Below are positions 48,604 to 57,200 of a DNA stretch of 64,000 bases, one piece after another. The translations under genes and the position numbers were made by a program. Source of the DNA: Candidatus Omnitrophota bacterium (lineage in GTDB: Bacteria; Omnitrophota; Gorgyraeia; 2-01-FULL-45-10); assembly GCA_041648975.1 (NCBI GenBank), contig JBAZNZ010000010.1, positions 10-64,009 on the forward strand, read 5' to 3'. A model generated the notes under the pieces. That model searched no databases, was not told the origin of the DNA, and saw only the letters and a program-made list of their open reading frames with translations. Position 1 is the first letter of the stretch; each line of letters begins with the position of its first letter.

Positions 48604-48708
48604 AGACCTACGAGGAGTGATTACTTTAACTCGTCACACCTCGTAGGTCTTTTGTTTGGCATTGACCTGCGAGGTCGAACCGGTTTAAGTAATTCGTCCT
48701 CGCAGGTC
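48604..48708. repeat. Two further copies of the AGACCTACGAGG palindromic hairpin family (REP-like) between ribD and the PHP gene
   Basis: 48604-48650 AGACCTACGAGG-23 nt-CCTCGTAGGTCT, and 48664-48708 GACCTGCGAGG-23 nt-CCTCGCAGGTC. Loops share GTTTAAGT(G/A)ATT with copy 1. Confidence 0.7.
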
Positions 48709-48716
48709 TAAACTAG

Positions 48717-49556
48717 TTACTTTCTATTCTCAGCCTTTATTCTGTCCGCCTCCGCTTTTAGCTTATCCACCAGTTCATATGGGACTCTTGTAGTGCCGAT
48801 CAGGACCCTGCCTTTGCCCAGGCCATGGCAATCGGAACCGCCTGAGGCAAGAAGCCCGTACATCTTCGCGATCTCTTCGTAATGCCTGGTCACTGTAGGC
48901 GTGTGGTCTGTATGGTAAACCTCGATGCCTTTCAATCCGTATCCTATAAGTTCCGGGATATGCTCGTCCTTGCACATTATTCCCGGATGGGCCAGGACAG
49001 GCACGCCCCCGGCTTTCAATATCAGCCCTATCGCCTCCTGAGGAGTAAAGGCAATGTTCGAAACATAACACGGCTTTAAAAAACCTATATATTTATCGAA
49101 CGCCTCTTTCAGCCTCTTTATCTTTCCTGTCCTCAGCATAGCCTGGGCTAAGTGCATCCGTCCGACCGAACCTTTGCCGGATATTTTAAATACATCGCCG
49201 GCGTCCATCCTGACGTTTTCCTGCGCCAGTTTGGCGACCATCTTGTGTATGCGTTCTATCCTGATGCCCTGGATCTCTTTGAGCCGCTTCCGGAGCCACT
49301 CCTGTTCCCAATCGATGAAATACCCGAGGAGGTGTATCTCGGCGTCGGGTTTTTCCACTGTAAGCTCTATGCCGGGCACTATTTCGACTCCGGACCGCAG
49401 CCCGAGCTCCGTACACGGCCCTATCCCGTCTATCGAATCGTGGTCGCATATCGCTATGGCGGCCAAAGCCTTGTTGCTTGCCGTAGCTACGACCTCTTCG
49501 GGCGAGAACGTAGAGTCGGAATAGAATGTGTGTATGTGCAGGTCGGCATATTTCAT
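48717..49556 (-). CDS. PHP-domain metal-dependent phosphoesterase (histidinol-phosphatase-like)
   Basis: MKYADLHIHTFYSDS...ICDHDSIDG PHP motifs. Confidence 0.75.
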   Translation of the reverse strand: MKYADLHIHTFYSDSTFSPEEVVATASNKALAAIAICDHDSIDGIGPCTELGLRSGVEIVPGIELTVEKPDAEIHLLGYFIDWEQEWLRKRLKEIQGIRIERIHKMVAKLAQENVRMDAGDVFKISGKGSVGRMHLAQAMLRTGKIKRLKEAFDKYIGFLKPCYVSNIAFTPQEAIGLILKAGGVPVLAHPGIMCKDEHIPELIGYGLKGIEVYHTDHTPTVTRHYEEIAKMYGLLASGGSDCHGLGKGRVLIGTTRVPYELVDKLKAEADRIKAENRK

Positions 49557-49629
49557 GGTTCGATTCGCTCCGCTCGCTCACCATTACCCTGAGTAAGGCT
49601 ATTATTTGAATAGAGGCCGCGTCGAAGGG

Positions 49630-50049
49630 TCATTTGGCCGGTTTTCTTTCTGTCTTGTTGATATTGTCGAGGACTCCATTAACGAACTTCCCGGAATCCG
49701 TGTCCCCGTATTTCTTCGCGATATCGATCGCTTCATTTATCGATACCTTGGGCGGTATCTCTTCCATATAGATAAGCTCATATGTGGCGAACCGCAGCAC
49801 GTTCCGGTCTATGACGGCGATCCTCTTCAGTTCCCAGTTCGTCGTATGTTCGGATATCAGGGCGTCTATCGCCTCTCTGTTCTTGATGACGCCGCGAACG
49901 AGATTCTCGGTAAATGTCCTGACCTGCGGCTCCATAACATCGCTGTTCTGCCAGTAGTTGTCGACGCACTTCTGCGGGTCCTCGTTCGTTATGTCTATCG
50001 CGTAGAGTATCTTAAGCGCGCATTCTCTGGCTTTGGTCCGTTTTCTCAT
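49630..50049 (-). CDS. nusB: Transcription antitermination factor NusB
   Basis: [17 protein letters not shown]...all-helical 139 aa, NusB family. Confidence 0.85.
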   Translation of the reverse strand: MRKRTKARECALKILYAIDITNEDPQKCVDNYWQNSDVMEPQVRTFTENLVRGVIKNREAIDALISEHTTNWELKRIAVIDRNVLRFATYELIYMEEIPPKVSINEAIDIAKKYGDTDSGKFVNGVLDNINKTERKPAK

Positions 50050-50066
50050 AGTCAGAATACTCCTTG

Positions 50067-50185
50067 AGTGATTAAGCGATTCTGAAGTCAGACACTCTTG
50101 GCGATTCTATAAGCAAACTCTCGCAGCGATTAAGTAAAAACTTATTGATTTTAACCCAGACTTAATCACTTAATCGCTGACTCAC
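50067..50185. repeat. Cluster of GATTAAG / CTTAATC heptamer repeats in the ribH-nusB spacer
   Basis: GTGATTAAGCGATT (50067), GCGATTAAGT (50126), CTTAATCACTTAATCGC (50161-50177). Confidence 0.3.
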
Positions 50186-50231
50186 ACTAACTCAAAATCG
50201 CCAAGCGAATCTAACCGAAGAATCACTTCTA

Positions 50232-50696
50232 TTATATTTTCTCCCACAAACTCGCCATCTCGATCGCCGATAATGCGGCGTCGCGGCCCTTGTTGCCGTC
50301 CTTGGTACCGGCCCTTTCGATGGCCTGCTCCAGGTTGTCGGCTGTAATCACACCGAATATACACGGCGTTCCGGTATCGAGCGAAACCTTGGCCACGCCT
50401 TTTGCCGCCTCGCTCGCAACGAATTCGAAATGCGGCGTTGCGCCCCTTATAACCGTACCAAGGCATATGACCGCGTCATACTTTTTCGACTTTGCCAGTT
50501 TTAACGCAACTATCGGTATCTCGAAAGCGCCCGGCACCCAGACCACATCCTGGCTATTATCGACCGCGCCGTGCCTGGCCAGAGTGTCGAGGCACCCTTC
50601 CAGGAGCTTCGACGATATGAATTCGTTAAAACGCGATATCACTATCGCGAACTTCTTCCCTTTCGCCATCAAGTCAGACTTTATTACATTTGCCAT
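50232..50696 (-). CDS. ribH: 6,7-dimethyl-8-ribityllumazine synthase
   Basis: [20 protein letters not shown]...WVPGAFEIP...[14 protein letters not shown]. Confidence 0.9.
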   Translation of the reverse strand: MANVIKSDLMAKGKKFAIVISRFNEFISSKLLEGCLDTLARHGAVDNSQDVVWVPGAFEIPIVALKLAKSKKYDAVICLGTVIRGATPHFEFVASEAAKGVAKVSLDTGTPCIFGVITADNLEQAIERAGTKDGNKGRDAALSAIEMASLWEKI

Positions 50697-50788
50697 GCTT
50701 CACCCTCCGATTTGTTGTTATCTCACTCTTACAAATCGTCCCGAGCCACAATAATCGAACTCATGTGGCGAGGGACTACATTTAATTT

Positions 50789-51985
50789 TTATACTCCAAT
50801 AACGTGCCCCATCTTCTTCTTCTTCGTCTCCAGGTATCTCTTATTAGTGCTGGACGGCCGCATCTCTAACGGCACGCGCTCCACGATCTCCAGGCCGTAT
50901 CCTTCCAGCCCTACCACTTTTTTCGGATTGTTGGTCAATAATCTTATCTTTTTTAATCCGAGATCCGCCAGTATTTGGGCGCCTATGCCGTAATCCCTGA
51001 GATCGGGCTTAAACCCCAAGGCCTGGTTCGCCTCGACCGTATCGAGGCCTTTGTCCTGAAGTTCGTATGCCCTCAGCTTGTTGGCAAGACCGATACCCCG
51101 GCCTTCCTGCCTCATATAAAGGATGACCCCTTTGCCGGCCTCATCGATAAGTTTCATGGCCGCGCGCAATTGTTCGCCGCAGTCGCACCTCTTCGAACCA
51201 AAGACGTCGCCCGTCAGGCATTCTGAGTGGACGCGCACGAGCGTCGTCCTTTTATCCGGCGACCCTTTGACCAAAGCGAGATGATGATACTTATCCGTAA
51301 AAGATTCGTAAACAAATACCTTAAAGTCGCCGAAATCCGTAGGTACCGTCGTCTGGGCAATCTTCGTTATAAGTTTCTCGGACTTTCTCCTGTATTCTAT
51401 AAGGCTCGCTATTGTGCATATCTTCAGTTTATAAGCCTTGGAGAATTCAAGCAGGTCCGGCGTCCTCGCCATGGAGCCGTCGTCTTTCATTATCTCACAG
51501 ATAACGCCTGCCGGATACTTTCCGGAGAGCCTCATGAGATCGACGCAGGCTTCGGTATGGCCGGCGCGGACCAGCACGCCGCCTTCATTCGCGCGAAGCG
51601 GGAATATGTGGCCCGGCCTTACCAGTTCGTCAGGCGTCGATTTCGGATTCGCCAATATATTTATCGTACGCGCTCTGTCGGGAGCGGAGATGCCTGTAGT
51701 TATTCCGCTTTTCGCGTCGCATGAGACCGCCCAGCCGGTTTTGTAGGGGTCCGGCGCCTTGGCCGACATGGGATGCAGATCGAGCTTGTCCAGCCTCGCT
51801 CCTTCCATGGGAACGCATATAAGGCCGCGGCCGTATTTAGCCATAAAATTAATATCGGAGGCTTTTGTGCAGGCCCCTGCCATCACGAGATCGCCTTCAT
51901 TCTCACGGTCTTCATCGTCTATGACTATGACGATCTTCCCGGTCTTTATGTCGTCCAGGATTTCCGGAATCGTATTGAGTTTCAT
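50789..51985 (-). CDS. ribBA: Bifunctional 3,4-dihydroxy-2-butanone-4-phosphate synthase / GTP cyclohydrolase II
   Basis: DDEDRENEGDLVMAGA (RibB) and C-terminal RibA domain with the Cys cluster CDCGEQL. Confidence 0.9.
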   Translation of the reverse strand: MKLNTIPEILDDIKTGKIVIVIDDEDRENEGDLVMAGACTKASDINFMAKYGRGLICVPMEGARLDKLDLHPMSAKAPDPYKTGWAVSCDAKSGITTGISAPDRARTINILANPKSTPDELVRPGHIFPLRANEGGVLVRAGHTEACVDLMRLSGKYPAGVICEIMKDDGSMARTPDLLEFSKAYKLKICTIASLIEYRRKSEKLITKIAQTTVPTDFGDFKVFVYESFTDKYHHLALVKGSPDKRTTLVRVHSECLTGDVFGSKRCDCGEQLRAAMKLIDEAGKGVILYMRQEGRGIGLANKLRAYELQDKGLDTVEANQALGFKPDLRDYGIGAQILADLGLKKIRLLTNNPKKVVGLEGYGLEIVERVPLEMRPSSTNKRYLETKKKKMGHVIGV

Positions 51986-52071
51986 GTCGCCTTTGGCTGA
52001 ATGATAGTTATAAGTTATAAGTCGTAAGTTGTAGTTTTTTACTTACAACTTATAACTTACGACTTACTACT

Positions 52072-52102
52072 AAATAAAAACCCCAGAGAGTAATCTCCGG
52101 GG
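52072..52102 (-). terminator. Intrinsic terminator of the FMN riboswitch expression platform
   Basis: Minus strand CCCCGGAGATTACTCTCTGGGG followed by TTTTTATTT, immediately 3' of the aptamer and 5' of ribBA. Confidence 0.65.
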
Positions 52103-52129
52103 TCTGATTCGACTGTCAACTAATAATCT

Positions 52130-52320
52130 ATCATCTTCTTCCATCCCGACTATACGGTCGGCACTTGAATTTCACAAGTTCAGTCCGCCATTGAAACATT
52201 GGCGGACTCGCGGGCTATCGCAGATTTTGTCTTATCAAAATCTGCAGGCATAGGAAATTTTCAGAGAAATTTCAAATGCACACCGCCGGTCGAGGGATAT
52301 CACCTCGCCCCGAAGACAAA
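52130..52320 (-). promoter_or_regulatory. FMN riboswitch (RFN element) leader of the ribBA-ribH-nusB transcription unit
   Basis: Minus strand CUUCGGGGCGAGGUGAUAUCCCUCGACCGGCGGU...AGCCCGCGAGUCCGCC...GGCGGACUGAACUUGUGAAAUUCAAGUGCCGACCGUAUAGUCGGGAUGGAAGAAGAUGAU matches the conserved RFN core blocks. Confidence 0.85.
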
Positions 52321-52323
52321 ATT

Positions 52324-52352
52324 ATTGTATCAATTAACAACATATTTGTCAA
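52324..52352 (-). promoter_or_regulatory. sigma70-type promoter of the rib leader
   Basis: Minus strand TTGACA (52352-52347), 17 nt, TACAAT (52329-52324), about 7 nt before the riboswitch start. Confidence 0.6.
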
Positions 52353-52365
52353 CTCCTTTTAGAAA

Positions 52366-52394
52366 TTGACACCGGGCAGATAGTGTGATATACT
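52366..52394 (+). promoter_or_regulatory. sigma70-type promoter of the 52420 gene (divergent from the rib promoter)
   Basis: TTGACA (52366-52371), 17 nt, TATACT (52389-52394). AGGAGG RBS 7 nt before ATG 52420. Confidence 0.6.
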
Positions 52395-52419
52395 TCAACC
52401 TACAAGCGAGGAGGGTAGT

Positions 52420-52908
52420 ATGAGTAAAAAAGTATTTGTTGTGTTTGTAGCGATAAGCTTTTGCGCGGTAGGCATATTCGGCCTTGCGTGCGCAGCAGAA
52501 CAGAAGGCCCCTGCGGCAAAGCCTGCCAAAACGGCCGTTCCAAGTCCGAAGGTTCCTGTATTCCCGACCAAAGCGAATGTTCCGCCGATAAAATCCACTT
52601 TCGGCATGATCACCGGGACGCTGGTAAAGGTCAATAGTACGGATCCGGCAAATACCACGCTGGAAGTGAAGAACGACGCGGACCAGACTACACACGTAGT
52701 ATCGCTAACGCCGTGGACGAACGTTACAAAGGTAACGGATGTCTCCGAGCTTAAGACAGGCGATATGGTCAGGGTCATGACCAGGAAGATGGATGATAAA
52801 GAAGTGGCGATGGGCGTTATGTTCGGTAAGATCAAACCGATACCCAGGCCGAAACCGGCCGCCGCAGCCCCGGCTGCTCCAGCTGCCGCGCCAGTCAAAG
52901 CGCGATAA
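52420..52908 (+). CDS. Secreted Pro/Ala/Lys-rich protein of unknown function
   Basis: Signal peptide MSKKVFVVFVAISFCAVGIFGLACA, strong SD, Ala/Pro-rich termini. Confidence 0.7.
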   Translation: MSKKVFVVFVAISFCAVGIFGLACAAEQKAPAAKPAKTAVPSPKVPVFPTKANVPPIKSTFGMITGTLVKVNSTDPANTTLEVKNDADQTTHVVSLTPWTNVTKVTDVSELKTGDMVRVMTRKMDDKEVAMGVMFGKIKPIPRPKPAAAAPAAPAAAPVKAR

Positions 52909-53007
52909 TCTATTCTGCACTTGTTCAGGTTAAAGCCATAGAATCCCTTGACTTTTGGGTTCTATGGCTTTGGCTTCTATCGGCCGGCACAAGATCGGCG
53001 CAATTTT

Positions 53008-54195
53008 ATGGATAAAGAGAAGAATCTGAAAGAAGAGCTTGGGCGACTCAATTGGGAGTTCTCGCTGCTTTACGAGATCTCCAATGCGATGAGGACTACG
53101 TTGAAGCTTGACCAGATATTTTACATAATCCTTACCGCCCTTACTTCACATGAAGGGCTCGGTTTTAACCGCGCGATGCTATTTCTGGTAAACCAAAAAG
53201 AGAACGTCCTTGAGGGCGTCATGGGCATAGGCCCTCATACGGCGGAAGAAGCCGGCAAGATATGGCACGCGATATCGCAGTCAAAGATGTCGCTTGAAGA
53301 CTTCATCTCGTCTTATGACAATTTCAAGAGGGACACCGAATCCAGGCTCAACAGCATAGTCAAAGGAATAAAGATACCTCTCAGGGAAGACATGGGGATC
53401 CTTGCGCTTACCATACTCGAAGGCATGCCTTTTGAAATAACCACCCAGGAGGCGCGGCGTCTGGTCGACGCGGAGACCCAGAAGATGTTGAGCACCGACT
53501 TCTTCGTCACGATACCCATGAAGGCAAAGGACAAAGTGCTGGGGGCGATCCTGGTAGACAATATATTCAACAAAAAACCTATAACGAAATCGGACGTAAG
53601 GATGCTGACGATGTTCGCCAACCATGCGGGACTCGCCATCGAGAATTCGCGCCTTTATGAGGAAACCGTATACCTGTCAAATACGGACTGGCTGACAAAA
53701 TTATGGAATTACGGCAAGTTCCAACTAAGTCTTTCTTTCGAGACAGAGAAGGCCAGATTCAATGACACTAACCTTAGCCTTGTAATGGCCGACGTTGATA
53801 ACTTTAAGAATTACAACGATACCAACGGGCATATAAAAGGCGACGGGGCCCTGAGAGAGATAGCAAATGTCCTGCAAAGCAAGTCAAGGAAGATCGATAC
53901 TGTGGCGAGGTACGGCGGCGAGGAATTCGCCATAATAATGCCGGGCACGACTAAAGAGAACGCCAGGTTATTCGCGGAGCGGCTCAGGAATGAAGTAGAG
54001 AAACTTTTTGCCGATGACGCCACGATCACCCAGGACAAACGCCTTACAATAAGCTGCGGCATTTCCACCTATCCGGAAGATGTCTCCACAAAAGATGACC
54101 TGATCGCAAAAGCCGACCTTGCATTATATGAGGCAAAACGCGCGGGAAAGAACAGGACCTGCATATACGTAACGGCTATGGGCGAGAAAAAATAA
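53008..54195 (+). CDS. GAF-domain diguanylate cyclase (GGDEF; GGEEF active-site motif)
   Basis: N-terminal GAF-like region, C-terminal RYGGEEFAIIMPG. The track ORF starts at TTG 52948; the first ATG is at 53008. Confidence 0.8.
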   Translation: MDKEKNLKEELGRLNWEFSLLYEISNAMRTTLKLDQIFYIILTALTSHEGLGFNRAMLFLVNQKENVLEGVMGIGPHTAEEAGKIWHAISQSKMSLEDFISSYDNFKRDTESRLNSIVKGIKIPLREDMGILALTILEGMPFEITTQEARRLVDAETQKMLSTDFFVTIPMKAKDKVLGAILVDNIFNKKPITKSDVRMLTMFANHAGLAIENSRLYEETVYLSNTDWLTKLWNYGKFQLSLSFETEKARFNDTNLSLVMADVDNFKNYNDTNGHIKGDGALREIANVLQSKSRKIDTVARYGGEEFAIIMPGTTKENARLFAERLRNEVEKLFADDATITQDKRLTISCGISTYPEDVSTKDDLIAKADLALYEAKRAGKNRTCIYVTAMGEKK

Positions 54196-54211
54196 AGACT
54201 ACCGGGAAAGT

Positions 54212-57200
54212 TTAGACTGCCTGCTGGGAGGTTTCCGGAACCGGAGCGGGCGATTCTACCAGCGCTGCCGGGGCCTTGCTTTTTTCATTAGAGAATTTGA
54301 CAGAGACTATCTTAGAAACACCCCTCTCCTGCATCGTAATACCATACATCACGTCCGCCAGTTCCATTGTCCGTTTATTATGGGTGATTATGATGAACTG
54401 GGATATCTTCAGAAAATCCTTCAATACTTTTGAGAACCGGGTGACATTCGATTCGTCAAGAGGAGCGTCGATTTCGTCCATCACGCAGAACGGGCTCGGC
54501 TTCACCTTGAATATCGCGAAGAGGAGCGCTATGGCGGTCATGGCCTTCTCTCCTCCGGATAATAGCATTATATTCTGAAGCTTCTTCCCGGGCGGCCTTA
54601 CTACTATCTCTATCCCGGATTCCAATATATCCTGTTCGTCTATAAGCACAAGTTCGGCCTGCCCTCCGCCGAAGAGCATCCTGTAGAAATTCTTAAATTC
54701 GACCTGTATCTTCTGGAACGTATCCAGGAACAGGTCTTTCGTCGTCTTATTTATCTTCTGTATCGCCTTGTGGAGCGAATCTTTTGCGTTAAGCAGGTCT
54801 TCCTGCTGGTGGACAAGGAAGGAGTGCCGCTCTTCCAGTTCCTTATGCTCATCTATTGCTACCAGATTCACCGGACCCATCTTCTCGAGCCGTTCTTTCA
54901 ATTCTGTCACCTGGGACCGCAGGGCTTCCCAATCAATGCCGTCTTCCAACTCCATATGGGTAGTCTCAAGGTCCACTTTATATACCTGAGAGATCCTATC
55001 CTTAAGGTTTGTCTTCTGGTAACTCAACTGCGTTATCTTGACGTCCAGGTCCCTTATCTGGTTCCTGAACCCCTCAAGGCTCTTCTCCTTCTCTTTAAGC
55101 TGCAATTCGTCGAGGCTCAACTTATCGGTAAGCTCCGACCGGGATTGCTCTATCCTGGTCATCTCGTCTTTAAAGACCTTGAGATCCTGAGATATAACGG
55201 CGTTCTGGGCCGTAAGGTTCTCAATCTCTTCCGCAAGACTCTTTTCTTTTTCCTGCGACTCTTTCAGCAGGGTTTCTTTTGAATATACGGCCTCTTCCAG
55301 CTCAAAGGCAGCACCCTCCTGGCTCTTTAAACTGACGGCTATACCCTCTTCTTCTTTCTCGAGAGACATGGCTTCAGCTCTTAAAGTGGCTGTTTCAAGC
55401 GCCATCTTCTCCCGCAGGCTCCTCTTTTCCCCGATTAGCGCCTGGGATTCATCTATGAAATTTTGCGTCTTCGCCTTCTCGATCTCTATATTGTTAAGCT
55501 CACGATTGAAATCTTCGCCTTTTTTAGTCAGGTCATCTATAGTCTGGTTGACCTCGTCCAGTTCCGAGATTAAAAGCGTTACCTCTTCCTTCAATTTTCC
55601 CGAGTTCTCTACCAGACCGTTTTTTTTGACCTTTATATTCGACAGGTTCATCTCTTCGGCATGCATCTCTTTTTCCAGCGCGTCTATCTCTAATGTAAGA
55701 GCCCGGCCGGTCTCGCGCGCGAGCGCGCAGGCGGAATTAAGGGATAACATCCCGGTCTCGATATCATTCAACATGGCCTTAAAATCTTCAAGCCTGTGTT
55801 TGCGGCCTATAAGCAGCGATTCCTCGCCGTCTGAAACGCTTCCGCCGGATATCTTTCCGTTGTCGAACATGGCGCCGGATTTAGTGACGGCCTTAACGGC
55901 GCTTGAGCCGTCGAAGCTCCTGATATGCCCTTCCAGCGACTCCGCTAAATAGGCGTCCCGAAAAAAGTGTTCTGCCACATCCTCGTGTCCGGGTTCGGTC
56001 TTGACAAAGGTCATAAGGGGCGTAAGACCGCTCATTTCGTGCCTTGCGCCCCTCGCGACGCGTTCTCGGCCTACCCTTCTTAAAGTCTCACGGGAAATGA
56101 AACCGGCCTTGCCCAGCTTCTTCTCCCCCAGAAATCCGATTATATTCGTTATGTCGCTGTCGGTCTCTGTTACTATGACCTGCGCGTCGTCTCCCAAAAA
56201 CGCGCTTACTGCCTCTTCATACCCTCTATCTACCTTTATTATATCCGCCAGGACTCCCAGTATGCCGGGGAAGTGTATCCTGTTCTCTTCAGCGAGGAGG
56301 TTCTTGACGCCGAGGCCGAAACCTTCATACCTCTTTACACTCTCCTCCAGCAATTCTATCTTAGACCTTACGGATGACTTCCTGTTCTCTTCCTTCGATA
56401 TCTTTTCTTCCAACTCCCTGGCCTCGGCAAGAGCGTTTTCATTAGCGCCTTTTTTAGACTCCAGGTTAGAACGTAATACCATGAACTTATCTTCTACGGC
56501 TTTGAATTCCGACGATACGCCTTCCAGCGCCTTCTCGACAGATCCTAACTCGCCGGCGACCGTATCTTTTTCTATCGATATCCTTCGCTGACGCGACCGC
56601 CTGTTCTGCACATCGGCCCCGATCTTGATGAGCTCATTCTTCAGGTGCGTCTCTTTAGATAGATGGTCTACTGCCTGGACCTTGCATATCCTTACGCGAT
56701 TTTCAATATCCTCAACATCTTTTGACAGGTTATTCGAAAGGAGCTCTTTCTCCTCTACCGATTTCTGCTTCGACGTCTTCAGCAATGTCGCCTTGCTTAG
56801 TTCATCCTTCAGCTTTTCCAGCAGAGCCTTGGCGCCTAACATCTTCTCTCTTATCGACTCTATCTCTTTTGTAATGCCCCCCTGGGCGAAGCGAGCCTCT
56901 TCTATCCTCTCCTTGTCGATCGCGATCTTATGAGAATTCATGTCGAGCTGGCTCGATTGGCCGGCATACTTATCTTTGAGCTCCGACATCTTTTGATTGA
57001 CCTGGTCCAGGGAGCTTCTATACCCGGATATGGTGACTACAACCGATCTTATTTCTAAATCGAGCTCTTTTTCGCGCGTCTTCGCGTCGTCGTTCTCAAC
57101 CGAATGGGTCCTCTCCCGCGTCTTCAGGTTCTTATATTCAGAGAACGATAACTTGACCTCCATATCTTTCAATTTGTCAAAATCGACCTTGTATTTTTCC

